Assembly (NCBI GenBank): GCA_964622585.1
Contig: CAZUQT010000002.1
Span: 1-56,649 of the forward strand
Origin: an uncultured Elusimicrobiaceae bacterium
GTDB taxonomy: Bacteria > Elusimicrobiota > Elusimicrobia > Elusimicrobiales > UBA9959
DNA: 56,649 bases
Direction: 5' to 3'
The notes beneath the pieces were generated by a model. That model had not been told where the DNA came from. It worked only from the letters and a program-made list of their open reading frames with translations, and ran no database searches. Numbering within the stretch: position 1 is the stretch's first letter; each line of letters opens with the position of its first letter. The position numbers were made by a program, and so were the translations under genes. This document shows, piece by piece, positions 27,722-37,801 of this stretch.

Positions 27722-28780
27722 ATGCGCTATCAGCTCGCGTCGGCCCTGCTGGCCCTCGCTTTTTCCGCAGCCCGAGCCCAGGCGCCCGCTCCCGAGCCCG
27801 GGAAGGGGCCGGTGTTTTCCGCCAGGTCGCCGGTGCCGTCGTATTTCTCCCCGGAAAAGAACCTCGGGCGGCATTACCTGTACGCCGACGGCGGCTTCCA
27901 CGCGGACTGGTACGTCGGCTATAATAACTGCTGGATCATAAAGCTGCCGCCGGTGCCCACGGGCGGCTTTTCCAAAGCCTTCCTCGGCGCGAAGCTCGGC
28001 CGGACCAAGATAATGTCCTGGCCCGCCTCCTGGGACACGACCCCGATACCCGGCAAGATCTATATGGCGCTCAACCAGGCGCCCACCTTCAATTCCGACC
28101 ATACCTATTTCCTCGTCGACGCGGCGGACCTCCCGCGCGAGCCGCTGCCCAACGACTCGCTCGACGGCGTGGACTCCGCGCGCTGGGTCTGGGCGGAGAT
28201 CCCGCTCTCCCGGGTCTCCCCGGAAAAAGACAATTACCTGGCGCTCTGGTCCTCCTCGCGCTATTTCACTTCGGCTTCGAGCTCGCCCATCCTGGCCGCC
28301 GCGATGAGCGGCGGCGAGGCGGAGGACGTCTGGATCAACCGCTCGATAAGGGGCAACGCGCCGTCGGGCGAGGGGGTGCTCGAAACCCCTATCTCGGGCA
28401 TCAAGCCGGCGATGGCCATCAAGCTGGTCCCGCTCAACGAATACAAGGTTTACGTGAAAGGCTTCGCGGCCGAACTTACCCAGTCGGAGATAAACGTCTC
28501 TTTTTCCGTCATCGGCGAGGATATCCGCGCCGCCTGGCTGGAAGTCTCCTACGACAAGTTCGACTGGCAGCGCGTAACGCGCTATTTTTTCAAGGCGCCG
28601 TATTTCTGGACTTTCAGGCGGGACGCTATCTCCAGGGAAATGTTCTACCTGCGCGCGGCCGCCACCGATAATCTTGAGAACGTAGGCTACTCGATGTCGA
28701 TAACCGTTCCCGCGATCCCCGGTGCGCCCCAGGCGCCGGCGGCGCCGGCAGCGGAGCGGCAGGGCGAAAGCGAAGATTAA
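27722..28780 (+). CDS. secreted hypothetical protein
   Basis: Signal peptide MRYQLASALLALAFSAARAQA; 352 aa. No family recognised. Confidence 0.55.
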   Translation: MRYQLASALLALAFSAARAQAPAPEPGKGPVFSARSPVPSYFSPEKNLGRHYLYADGGFHADWYVGYNNCWIIKLPPVPTGGFSKAFLGAKLGRTKIMSWPASWDTTPIPGKIYMALNQAPTFNSDHTYFLVDAADLPREPLPNDSLDGVDSARWVWAEIPLSRVSPEKDNYLALWSSSRYFTSASSSPILAAAMSGGEAEDVWINRSIRGNAPSGEGVLETPISGIKPAMAIKLVPLNEYKVYVKGFAAELTQSEINVSFSVIGEDIRAAWLEVSYDKFDWQRVTRYFFKAPYFWTFRRDAISREMFYLRAAATDNLENVGYSMSITVPAIPGAPQAPAAPAAERQGESED

Positions 28781-28783
28781 GCT

Positions 28784-29791
28784 ATGAAAAAATTTAACGT
28801 CGCGGTAGTTGGAGCCTCGGGCATGGTCGGGGGGGAACTTCTGGGCCTGCTTGAGAGCAGGCGCTTTCCCGTAGGGGAATTTTATCCTTTCAATTCCGGC
28901 AGGAAGCCTGCCTCCGTGGTTTTCCGCGGAAAAAAATACGCCTGCGCGGCACCTTCTTTAGAGGCCCTTAAAAAAGCTGATATAGCTTTCTTCGTTTCCA
29001 CCGACGAGGTCGCCGAAGAGTTCGCGCCGCGCCTGGCCGCGGCCGGGACCTGGTGCATCGACGACTCGGCCTTCTTCCGGCTCGCGCCGGGAGTCCCGCT
29101 GGTCATCCCCGAGGTGAACGCCGCCGAGCTTAAGGCCTCCAAAAAGCTCATAGCGGGGCCCAACTGCACTCTTACCGGCGCGGCGGTGGCGCTGGCCGGG
29201 ATACACCGGAAGTTCGGGATCACCGAGCTCAGGCTAGCCACCTACCAGGCCGTTTCCGGCGCGGGAAAAGCCGCGATGGGCGAGCTTGAAGAGGAATTAA
29301 AGGCCTATTTCAAGAAAGGCGCCGTGCCGAAGCTTAAGGGCGGAAAATTCCCGCGCCCCATCGCCTTCAATCTTTTCCCGCAGGTCGGGGGCTTCGACGA
29401 GGAAGGAAATTCCGGCGAGGAGAATAAAGTGGAGGCCGAGCTTAAAAAGATCTGGAGCGACAAAAAGATCCGGATAAGCGTCACGGCCGTCCGGGTTCCC
29501 GTGCTTCGCGGCCATTCGCTGGCCGTCTGGTTCAAGGCAGCGCGGCCCTGTTCCGAAGGCGAGCTCAGGAAAGAGCTGCGGCGCACCACGGGCCTCAAAT
29601 TCTTCGAGAAGCCCGGCGATTACCCGACGCCGCTGGAGCACGGCCAGCGCACGGAGATAGTTTACGCCGGGCGCCTGCGCCGGGCCAGGACCGCGGCGAA
29701 TGAATTCCAGCTCTGGATAGTTTCGGACAATCTTTACAAGGGCGCCGCGCTTAATTCCGTGCAGATAGCCGAAAAGATAGCGAAGCTTTAG
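28784..29791 (+). CDS. asd: aspartate-semialdehyde dehydrogenase
   Basis: VAVVGASGMVGGELL Rossmann motif, active-site GPNCT and QAVSGAG. Confidence 0.92.
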   Translation: MKKFNVAVVGASGMVGGELLGLLESRRFPVGEFYPFNSGRKPASVVFRGKKYACAAPSLEALKKADIAFFVSTDEVAEEFAPRLAAAGTWCIDDSAFFRLAPGVPLVIPEVNAAELKASKKLIAGPNCTLTGAAVALAGIHRKFGITELRLATYQAVSGAGKAAMGELEEELKAYFKKGAVPKLKGGKFPRPIAFNLFPQVGGFDEEGNSGEENKVEAELKKIWSDKKIRISVTAVRVPVLRGHSLAVWFKAARPCSEGELRKELRRTTGLKFFEKPGDYPTPLEHGQRTEIVYAGRLRRARTAANEFQLWIVSDNLYKGAALNSVQIAEKIAKL

Positions 29792-29832
29792 TCCCGCTCT
29801 TCGGAGCGGCCAGGTTATAAGGGGGAGCGAAC

Positions 29833-30123
29833 ATGAAAACTTTTTTTACGCTAGCGCTTATCGCGGCCGCCGCCGCGCTGGTTTCCTGTAAGAAGAAACA
29901 GCCGGAAAATGTGCCCGTGCCCAAGACCGAGCCGCCGCCCAGGACCGCGGCGGCCGTCTCCACGGCGCCGGTTTTCAGCCAGAACCCACTGGAGGCGCCC
30001 GGCAATTATCTTAAAACCACCGTCGGGCATGTGAAAGAGGCCAAAGCCGCCAAAGCTCTTTTTGAAAAAACGGCTTTGAACGAACTAAAAAGCGCGGACC
30101 TGAATAACACCGGCGGGAACTGA
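29833..30123 (+). CDS. small lipoprotein
   Basis: Signal peptide with the lipobox ALVSC; GGGGGAG SD sequence upstream. Confidence 0.6.
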   Translation: MKTFFTLALIAAAAALVSCKKKQPENVPVPKTEPPPRTAAAVSTAPVFSQNPLEAPGNYLKTTVGHVKEAKAAKALFEKTALNELKSADLNNTGGN

Positions 30124-30195
30124 ATCCGGGGCTTTGGCGCGGCTACCGGGAAATTTCGGTCGTCTCGGTCCGGGTTATGAAAGATAGGGGGGGAA

Positions 30196-30840
30196 ATGAA
30201 TATCTATGTATTGCTGGCGGCGGCTATCGCCGCTGCTATCGCGGTCAGCCAGGTCTTAAAATATCTGAAGGGACAGCGCGGGCGCGAGATGTCCTCCGTG
30301 GCCGTCTCGGCTTCGGTGGATCTCGAGGAATACGGACCGGAATTAAAGCTGCTTGAAAGTACCGGGCTGCCTTTTTTCGTGGACGGCCGGAGCGGCGTCG
30401 GAAAATACCTGCTCAGGTTTCCGGAGGAAGACGGGGCCAAAGCTTATTATTTCGACTACTCCTGCCTGCTTGGCGACGGCGATGGCCAGCGCAAACGCCA
30501 GTCCACCGTGGCGCTTTTTGATTTCAGCAAAGGGGCCTTTCCGGACTTCCACCTGTCCGCCGAAGGTGATTTCGGGAAAGAAACGTCCGGGCTGGAGCCT
30601 GTGGATATGACGCTCTTCAAGGGTTTCCCGAAAGGGGCGAAGCTTTACGGGCGCGACCTGGCCGCGCTGCAGAAACTCTTCACTCCCGAGATAGCGGCCT
30701 GCTTCGCCGAGCATCCCGGCTGGAGCGCGCAGGGCTCCGGGGCTTATCTGGTGATGTACAAAGGGCATAATCTACTGAGCCCGGGAAAATATAAAGAGTT
30801 CATGGCCGAGGCCGGGAAACTGGCCTTTAACCTGGCCTAG
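30196..30840 (+). CDS. membrane-anchored hypothetical protein, paralog A
   Basis: N-terminal TM helix. Shares GPEL..LE.TGL, FDY....G.G.G......T.AL.D.S....P.F.L..E and FTP......E motifs with the next gene. Confidence 0.6.
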   Translation: MNIYVLLAAAIAAAIAVSQVLKYLKGQRGREMSSVAVSASVDLEEYGPELKLLESTGLPFFVDGRSGVGKYLLRFPEEDGAKAYYFDYSCLLGDGDGQRKRQSTVALFDFSKGAFPDFHLSAEGDFGKETSGLEPVDMTLFKGFPKGAKLYGRDLAALQKLFTPEIAACFAEHPGWSAQGSGAYLVMYKGHNLLSPGKYKEFMAEAGKLAFNLA

Positions 30841-30861
30841 AAACAAGCAAGGAGAGGAAAA

Positions 30862-31518
30862 ATGAACGACATTTACTCCCGCCCGGTATTTATTTTTTTC
30901 GGCATCGCGGCTGTTTTTTTCGCCCTGGTATGGTTCTTTAAGTGGAAGAGAACGAAGGACCTGGGGGAGCTGGCCGCCTCTATGGGGCTGCAATTCCTGC
31001 CTGACGGGCCCGAACTCGGTATCCTTGAAAACACCGGGCTTGAGATCTTTAGACTCGGCCATTCCAGGAAAGCGGCCAACTTGGTGCAGGTCCAGTCCCG
31101 CGCCGGGACGGTTAATATTTTTGACTACCGCTTTACCATTGGCCACGGCAAAGGAAGCAGCACGCGCGCTTATACGCTTGCGCTTATGGACTGTTCGCGC
31201 TGCTCGATCCCTGTTTTTGAGCTGAAACCCGAAACCCTGATCTATAAAATAGGCGAGGCGATAGGCTTTAAAGATATAGACTTGCCGGCCTTCCCGCTGT
31301 TTTCTGACAAGTACCGCCTGACCGGGCCCGATGAGTCGGCGGTGCACATGTTCTTCACGCCCCAGCGCGCCGCCTGGTTCGAGCGCAACCTCGGGCTGCG
31401 GGTCCTGGGCGCCCCTGGGCATATAGTAATATCCAAACGCGAAAGCCAGCTCCCGGTGAATTCCTGGCCTGATTTCATCGAAGAAGTGAAAGGTTTCGCC
31501 GCCGAAGTCCTGAGATAA
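30862..31518 (+). CDS. membrane-anchored hypothetical protein, paralog B
   Basis: Same architecture and motifs as 30196..30840, 21 nt downstream of it. Confidence 0.6.
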   Translation: MNDIYSRPVFIFFGIAAVFFALVWFFKWKRTKDLGELAASMGLQFLPDGPELGILENTGLEIFRLGHSRKAANLVQVQSRAGTVNIFDYRFTIGHGKGSSTRAYTLALMDCSRCSIPVFELKPETLIYKIGEAIGFKDIDLPAFPLFSDKYRLTGPDESAVHMFFTPQRAAWFERNLGLRVLGAPGHIVISKRESQLPVNSWPDFIEEVKGFAAEVLR

Positions 31519-31524
31519 AGCGAT

Positions 31525-31560
31525 AAAAAACCGGGAGCGGGGCTAAGGCCCCGCTCCCGG
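31525..31560 (-). terminator. rho-independent terminator of the ytxH-like gene (hairpin shared by convergent genes)
   Basis: 13-bp stem CCGGGAGCGGGGC/GCCCCGCTCCCGG, with the A6 run on the plus strand giving a U-tract on the minus strand. Confidence 0.7.
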
Positions 31561-31592
31561 AAACACCGGCCGCCGGGGACCCCCGGCTTTCT

Positions 31593-31907
31593 TTACCGCA
31601 ACTCTTTGTTTAGGTGCTCCCAGGCGCCTTTCAGGTCCTTTGTAAGCCGCTTCAGTTCCTCTTCTCCCACCCGTTCCAGGCGCTCGTAGCGGGCCGCCGC
31701 CTCGTCTACCAGCTTGTAATAATCCTCTTTTTTTATTTCCCGTAGGTCTTCAAGTTTCTCGAGTATCTCGCCTTTCATCTTAAGCGTCCAGCCCCTCACG
31801 GCTTCGCGGTTCTTCTCCACATTTTTCCCTGTCAGGAAATATGTCCCCAGTGCCGCCAGCGCCGCTATGCCGATGCCGGTCCCTATGACTTTTTCAGTTG
31901 TTTTCAT
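31593..31907 (-). CDS. YtxH-like small membrane-anchored protein
   Basis: N-terminal glycine-zipper helix (IGTGIGIAALAALGTYFL) followed by a charged helical region. Confidence 0.7.
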   Translation of the reverse strand: MKTTEKVIGTGIGIAALAALGTYFLTGKNVEKNREAVRGWTLKMKGEILEKLEDLREIKKEDYYKLVDEAAARYERLERVGEEELKRLTKDLKGAWEHLNKELR

Positions 31908-32046
31908 TTTTGCCCCCTTGATTTGCAGTCGCCGGCGCCGTTTTCAGCTTAGCCCCGGACCTTAACCCATAAAAGCATTGTATCTAAAGCCGCCCGGGAG
32001 GTTAATAGCCTTTTCGGGTAGCCCCGGAATTTATCTGCCGGCGGCC

Positions 32047-32074
32047 TTGACAAGTCAAGATATACGCTTATAAT
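32047..32074 (+). promoter_or_regulatory. promoter of the C11 protease operon (TTGACA-N16-TATAAT)
   Basis: Both hexamers match the consensus perfectly. About 100-nt leader containing the palindrome TAGGCCTTAAGGCCTA. Confidence 0.55.
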
Positions 32075-32189
32075 ATATAAGCACCGTCGATGGTCCAAAT
32101 AATGCTTGCTTGGTATAGGCCTTAAGGCCTACTTCTGCCTGGGGCTTAGGGCCTTTGATTAAAGTCAAACAATGTACGAAAATATTACT

Positions 32190-33485
32190 ATGAAACGCGT
32201 TCTCCTCACTTTGGCGGTACTGGCCGCGATGACCATGGGCTTAAAAGCCCAGGGCGCTTCATTCGACAGCCTGATGTCGGACCTGCCCCGCCCTTCGGCC
32301 GTGGAGGTTTCCGCTCCCGCTCCCGTGGACGCCGCCCCGAAGACCTCCGTCACCGCCGCCGAGCGCGAATGGCTGGTCCTGGTTTTCATAAACGGCGTGA
32401 ACGACCTGGGGATACTCGGCTATGCGGACAAAGATATAAACGAAATGGAACAGGTCGGCTCCTCCGACAAGATGGCCGTGGTGGTGGAATACGGCATTCT
32501 CGGGATAGACGATGAGGCCGGCCGGAACCTCCAGTTCCCCCGCGGCTCCAAGACCATCTACATCACCCGCGACGCGGACGCTTCTAAAATAACTTCTCCC
32601 GTTATCTATCCCTCCAATGACGCCGACATGGGCAGCGAAGCCAACTTGGTCCGCTTCGTAAAGCGCGGCCTGCGCAAGTACCCGGCCAAAAAGGTCGCCC
32701 TGATACTCTGGAACCACGGCGCCGGCCGCCTTGGCATCTCTTTCGACGATGTAAGCAAGAACTATATGGAAGTGGACAGGCTGGGCGCGGCGCTGGCTAT
32801 GATAAAGGGCGTCCTGGGCCGCAATATAGACGTTTTCGCCACCGACGCCTGCCTTATGCAGATGGCCAGCGTGGCTTATGAGCTGGGAAAGTCCGCCGAT
32901 GTCATAGTGGGCTCGGAAGAAGAGGTTCCCGGCAATGGCTATCAATACACTTCCCTGCTTGGCCGGCTTTCGGCCGACCCTTCGATGGGCGCCGAGGCGC
33001 TCGGCCGGGCGATGGTGGAGACCTACGGCGCAAGCTACGGCTCCGACGCCACTCTTTCGGCTATCAGGACCTCCGCCCTGCCCGGTTTCGTGGGCGCGCT
33101 TAACAACTGGGTCATGGCGGTAAAAGGGGACAGGGCGGCTTTCGCTGCCGCCACCGACGCTTCGGTCGTAGGGGAAACTTCAAGGTTCTCCCAGAAAGAA
33201 TCTAAAGATCTTATCGACTACACTGAAAAGGTGGAGGCCGAACTGCCCGCCAGCCAGCCCGTCAAAGCCGCCGGCGCCAATTTAAGGAATTATCTCTCTA
33301 ACGGGCTTATAATAGCCAATATAGCGAAGCCGGCGAACAAAAAGCCCTACACCAAGGCCCGCGGCCTGGCCATCTATATACCCGAGCTGCAGTATAATTC
33401 GGCCAATTACGAGAAACTCGCTTTCCCCGGCGATTCGCTCTGGGGCGATTTCCTTCTTGCGATGATGAAAGAGAGGCTTAAGTAA
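32190..33485 (+). CDS. clostripain-family (peptidase C11) cysteine protease, secreted
   Basis: Signal peptide MKRVLLTLAVLAAMTMGLKAQG. His/Cys dyad context LILWNHGAG and DVFATDACLMQM. An alternative ATG lies at 32172. Confidence 0.82.
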   Translation: MKRVLLTLAVLAAMTMGLKAQGASFDSLMSDLPRPSAVEVSAPAPVDAAPKTSVTAAEREWLVLVFINGVNDLGILGYADKDINEMEQVGSSDKMAVVVEYGILGIDDEAGRNLQFPRGSKTIYITRDADASKITSPVIYPSNDADMGSEANLVRFVKRGLRKYPAKKVALILWNHGAGRLGISFDDVSKNYMEVDRLGAALAMIKGVLGRNIDVFATDACLMQMASVAYELGKSADVIVGSEEEVPGNGYQYTSLLGRLSADPSMGAEALGRAMVETYGASYGSDATLSAIRTSALPGFVGALNNWVMAVKGDRAAFAAATDASVVGETSRFSQKESKDLIDYTEKVEAELPASQPVKAAGANLRNYLSNGLIIANIAKPANKKPYTKARGLAIYIPELQYNSANYEKLAFPGDSLWGDFLLAMMKERLK

Positions 33486-33486
33486 T

Positions 33487-35238
33487 ATGAAATCCGGGAC
33501 CGCCAGAATAATGCGCCTGGCCGCAATTGCGGCGGGGCTGCTTATTTGCGGCCTGGACGCCCGCGCCGAAATGACCGCCCCCGAGCGCCTGGAGGCCTAC
33601 AGCATCGCTATTTCTAGCGGGGACCCTGTCGCCGGCGCGGCTTTCCTTAAAGACGGGGAAGCGCTCGAACTTGCCGAGGCCGAACCGCAGAAAGCCGCCG
33701 CCCTGCTTGGCAAAGCCGCGGCGCTTAAAGACCTTAAAGAGCTGCTTGGAATGTCCTGGGACGAGCAGAAAGTAAACAAGCTCAACCAGGCGCTTTCTAT
33801 AAGGATAGACGTGGACAGGCCGCTCCCCAAAATGGGTATCGGTCCCCAGCCCGAGAAACTTTTAACCTGGATAGAGAAATACCGGCCCGATTATACTTCC
33901 GCGGATAAAGCGCTGGTCAAAAAAGCGATAAGGCAGTGGGAAGTCATCTTCGGAACAATGACCGATACCCGCTCTTTAAGCTGGGGCCAGGCCAAAATGC
34001 GCGAAGGCAAGGCCGTTACCGTCACGAAAACCGCCTGGGAAGCCATGGTGATCCGGGAGCGCAATTCCGTCATCGAAAAGATGATCCAGGCCGACCCGAA
34101 GTTCCTTATTTACAATGACGAGAGGCTGGCCGCGGCCAAGAACGACGTAGCGGTGAACATAGCGGTGCAGTCCGTAATAAATTCAGACGCGCTTACGCCC
34201 GCCCAGAAGAGCCAGCTCCAGGGGAAGTCCTTCGCCGAGCAGGCTTATTTGCTGGGCAATATGTTCGATAACAGCAATATAAACATGGATCCGGCTACTA
34301 AAGCCAAGATCAACGCGGCCCGCGGCTCGCTGCCGCAGGAAGTCCTGCCCGCCCAGCAGCGCGAGCTGCTCGGCAGCATGCTCAATACCGCTGTGGCCAA
34401 AGAGCTGGCCGGAACTAAAGCCGGCGACAGGGCCCTGGCCGCCTCTCCTAACGGCCTGAAAATAAAGATACAGCCCCTGAGCGGCGGCTATTCCGGTTAC
34501 GACCCTGCTTCTGGTTCCATCCTGCTTGATTCCGAGACCATCCAGCAGTATATGCGCATGAAGGGCTACACCGCCTCCTCGCTGATGAGCAGCCCCGCGC
34601 AGGTGCAGGAGATAGCCAAGTATATGTCTTCCGCCGTGGTTTACGAGTCCGCGCATAAATCCCAGGCGGACTGGGCGGCCCAAAAGGGTATCTATAAACC
34701 TCATACGCAGGAGGACGAGGTTGAGGCTATGTCGCTTGAAGGCCTTTACACCACCGAGAAAATGCGCAAAGACGCTGATTACAGCCGGATACTCACCTCC
34801 AGCCGGGATAATTCCTCTTACGCCCTCAAAGCGCTTGAAACCGGTACCGACTACGAACTTAGCGGCTCCAAAAAATTCGCCGACACAGTGAGTCAGCGTT
34901 ACTTCGCCGGGCTGCCTTCTCTTGATTCAGCGGCCTCCCAGGTTCTGGGCGCGGTGACGGAGGAACTGGACCGCCGGGCGGCTATGTCCGCTTCCGAGAA
35001 AGCCGCTATAGATTCTACCGGCCTCAACCTCGCGGAGGCGCTTGAAATGTCGCCGGCCGAACTTGCCGGAGCGACCGGCGAGATACAAACCTCCGTACTT
35101 GCTAAAATACAGGGAGACCTTTCAAGGCTGGGCGTCTACAAGAGCCATTACGGCGCTTCGGACAGGGCCGGCCGAAAAGATCTTAAATCCCTGGAAGCGG
35201 GAATCGCGCCTAAAAGCGCGGTTCCGCCTATCGTATGA
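33487..35238 (+). CDS. large secreted hypothetical protein
   Basis: Starts 1 nt after the C11 stop (TAA-T-ATG). Signal-like N-terminus; 583 aa. No family recognised. Confidence 0.6.
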   Translation: MKSGTARIMRLAAIAAGLLICGLDARAEMTAPERLEAYSIAISSGDPVAGAAFLKDGEALELAEAEPQKAAALLGKAAALKDLKELLGMSWDEQKVNKLNQALSIRIDVDRPLPKMGIGPQPEKLLTWIEKYRPDYTSADKALVKKAIRQWEVIFGTMTDTRSLSWGQAKMREGKAVTVTKTAWEAMVIRERNSVIEKMIQADPKFLIYNDERLAAAKNDVAVNIAVQSVINSDALTPAQKSQLQGKSFAEQAYLLGNMFDNSNINMDPATKAKINAARGSLPQEVLPAQQRELLGSMLNTAVAKELAGTKAGDRALAASPNGLKIKIQPLSGGYSGYDPASGSILLDSETIQQYMRMKGYTASSLMSSPAQVQEIAKYMSSAVVYESAHKSQADWAAQKGIYKPHTQEDEVEAMSLEGLYTTEKMRKDADYSRILTSSRDNSSYALKALETGTDYELSGSKKFADTVSQRYFAGLPSLDSAASQVLGAVTEELDRRAAMSASEKAAIDSTGLNLAEALEMSPAELAGATGEIQTSVLAKIQGDLSRLGVYKSHYGASDRAGRKDLKSLEAGIAPKSAVPPIV

Positions 35239-35825
35239 AAAATATAATTTTGACCGTCTCGATGCTTTCCCTTATGGCCGCCGCGGCTTGCGCCGGGGCG
35301 CAGGCCAAGAGCAAGGGCGTCCAGTTCAAGAATTATTCAATGGATAATAATTATTTTACCTGCAGTATCCCCGCCGATTGGACCCAGAAGCGAAATAAAG
35401 ACAAAGACGAGGAGTATAAGATCTACGAGATACAGCTTCTGGCCCAGAAATCCGAGAAGGCTCCCACCTCTATTTATGTTTCCTATTATGCAAAGGATAA
35501 CGAGGATTTTAACGGCTACGAAGATTTCGTGAAGCGGAACTCTAGGAACGTGGCCGGCGAGACCAGGAATTCGCGCGAGGTTTTTGACCCGGCAAAAAAC
35601 ATAACCCTGGCCGGCCGTAAAGCCATAGAATTGTCCCGCGAGAGGATGGTTTCCTTGTATCCGAAGAGCAAATCGGACGAAAGCGTGCAGCTTAAAGAAA
35701 AACTTTACGTGCTCCCGTCAAAAGACGGCTTTTATGTGATGCATTTCAGCGCGGAGAAAATGGCTTTTATCTCCAATTTGCCCGTCTTCGAGAAAATAGC
35801 CAAGAGCTTCAAAGGCAAACCCTGA
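35235..35825 (+). CDS. small secreted protein or lipoprotein
   Basis: ATGA overlap with the upstream gene. Signal peptide with a possible lipobox (MAAAAC). Confidence 0.6.
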   Translation: MKNIILTVSMLSLMAAAACAGAQAKSKGVQFKNYSMDNNYFTCSIPADWTQKRNKDKDEEYKIYEIQLLAQKSEKAPTSIYVSYYAKDNEDFNGYEDFVKRNSRNVAGETRNSREVFDPAKNITLAGRKAIELSRERMVSLYPKSKSDESVQLKEKLYVLPSKDGFYVMHFSAEKMAFISNLPVFEKIAKSFKGKP

Positions 35826-35841
35826 ATTTTGCCCGGTCAAT

Positions 35842-35872
35842 AAAAACCGCGCCTTGAAAGCGCGGTTTTTTC
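35842..35872 (+). terminator. rho-independent terminator after the C11 operon
   Basis: ACCGCGC-CTTGAAA-GCGCGGT followed by TTTTTT. Confidence 0.78.
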
Positions 35873-35937
35873 TTATAATTTATAAGCGCAGGCATTTTAT
35901 TAAAAGGCGGCAGCCGCCTTTTATAGGGAGGGGTTTA

Positions 35938-37767
35938 ATGAACGCGGTCACTTTGCTTATAATAGCGCTGCTGGTTTACGCTCTCGCTTACAGGTTTTAC
36001 GCCAGTTTTATCATCGCGAAGATCCTGGCTTTCGACAAAGACAGGCCCACCCCCGCGCACACTTTAAGGAACGATTACGATTATAAGCCCACAAATAAAT
36101 GGGTGCTCTTCGGCCATCATTTCGCCGCTATAGCCGGCGCCGGGCCGCTGGTGGGGCCGGTGCTTGCCGCCCAGTTCGGTTATATGCCGGGTTTCCTCTG
36201 GATCCTTATCGGCAGCGTGCTCGCCGGCGGCGTGCACGATATGGTGCTTCTTTTCGCCTCGGTGCGGCACGACGGGCTCTCCCTTACCGAGATAGCAAAG
36301 CGCGAAGTGGGGAAAGTGACCGGCGGCGCCACCGGGATCGCCGTGCTTTTCATAATCATCACCGCCCTCGCCGGGCTTAGCCTGGTGGTGGTGAACGCCC
36401 TGGCTGAAAGTTCCTGGGCGACTTTCTCTATTTTCGCCACCATGCCCGCCGCTCTTTTCGTCGGCTGGTATATGAACAAACTGCGCCCCGGGAAGATAAC
36501 CGAGGCTACCGTTATCGGCGTTTCCCTGGTTATCATCGGCATCATAGCCGGCGAGCCTCTCTCGAGGAGCCCGTGGGCGCACTGGTTCGTCTATTCAAAG
36601 GGCAGCCTGGTCCTGATCCTTGCCGGCTACGGTTTCCTCGCTTCAATTTTGCCGGTCTGGCTGCTTCTCTGTCCCCGCGATTATTTAAGTTCCTATATGA
36701 AGATAGGGACGATAGGAATGCTTGCCCTTGGTATTTTGTGGGTGCACCCGACGCTTGCTGCCCCGGCTTACAGCAGTTTCATCCACGGCGGCGGCCCGAT
36801 AGTACCCGGCAGCGTTTGGCCCTATGTCTGTATCACTATCGCCTGCGGCGCGATCTCCGGCTTCCACAGCCTTATAGGCTCCGGAACCACGCCTAAAATG
36901 ATAGCTAGCGAAAAAGATATCAGGATCATAGGTTACGGGGCGATGCTGACCGAAGGCCTTGTTTCGATCATGGCGCTTATCGCCGCTACCGCCCTTATCC
37001 CCGGCGATTATTTCGCCATCAATGTTTCCCCGGCCGTGTTCGAGAAGCTCGGCCTTTCCACGGTCAACCTCGCCGCGCTCAGTTCCGCGGTCGGAGAGAA
37101 CCTGGCCGGCAGGACCGGCGGCGCCGTCTCGCTTGCCGTCGGCATGGCGCAGATCTTCTCTTCCATGCCGGGCATGAAACAGATGCTCGCCTACTGGTAC
37201 CATTTCGCTATCATGTTCGAGGCGCTTTTCATCCTGACCACTATAGACACGGGCACGCGCGTGGCGCGGTATATACTCCAGGAGATCCTCGGCGGGGTTT
37301 ACAAGCCTTTCGCTAAAGGCGAATGGCTGCCGGGCGTGCTGATAACCAGCGCGGCGATAAGCGGTTGCTGGGGGACCATGGTCTATATGGGGAATATCAG
37401 CACGATCTGGCCGATGTTCGGCGTGGCCAATCAGCTTCTCTCCGGCATCGCCCTTGCCATCGGGACGACCTTCATAATGAAAAGGACGAAAGCCGTTTAC
37501 GCTCTGGTCACTTTCGTCCCTTTCCTGTTCATCTTCGTCACCACCGTGACGGCCGCTGTGATGAACATCTACGGAAATTACCTGCCAAGGCACGATTTGC
37601 AGGGCTATATGAACGTGGCGCTCACCCTAGTCATGCTTGTCCTGGCCGTGATCATCGCCTGTACCTGCACCGCGTCCTGGGTGACCCTGTTGCAGGGCAA
37701 AAAACCGGCCCCGGGAAAGATATTTCCCGGCCATCCGGCGCCCCCGGAAATAGCCGGAGAATTTTAA
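35938..37767 (+). CDS. cstA: carbon starvation protein CstA (peptide/pyruvate transporter family)
   Basis: [25 protein letters not shown]..., [31 protein letters not shown] sequence before the ATG at 35938. Confidence 0.93.
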   Translation: MNAVTLLIIALLVYALAYRFYASFIIAKILAFDKDRPTPAHTLRNDYDYKPTNKWVLFGHHFAAIAGAGPLVGPVLAAQFGYMPGFLWILIGSVLAGGVHDMVLLFASVRHDGLSLTEIAKREVGKVTGGATGIAVLFIIITALAGLSLVVVNALAESSWATFSIFATMPAALFVGWYMNKLRPGKITEATVIGVSLVIIGIIAGEPLSRSPWAHWFVYSKGSLVLILAGYGFLASILPVWLLLCPRDYLSSYMKIGTIGMLALGILWVHPTLAAPAYSSFIHGGGPIVPGSVWPYVCITIACGAISGFHSLIGSGTTPKMIASEKDIRIIGYGAMLTEGLVSIMALIAATALIPGDYFAINVSPAVFEKLGLSTVNLAALSSAVGENLAGRTGGAVSLAVGMAQIFSSMPGMKQMLAYWYHFAIMFEALFILTTIDTGTRVARYILQEILGGVYKPFAKGEWLPGVLITSAAISGCWGTMVYMGNISTIWPMFGVANQLLSGIALAIGTTFIMKRTKAVYALVTFVPFLFIFVTTVTAAVMNIYGNYLPRHDLQGYMNVALTLVMLVLAVIIACTCTASWVTLLQGKKPAPGKIFPGHPAPPEIAGEF

Positions 37768-37801
37768 ACAATGGTTTTAAGAAGATGGAGGTAGATCTAA
37801 G

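Noticed and set aside
36064-37593. Minus-strand ORFs 36064..36582, 36180..36545 and 36685..37593, and plus-strand alternate frames inside cstA
   Set aside because: Shadow ORFs of the strongly supported cstA gene.
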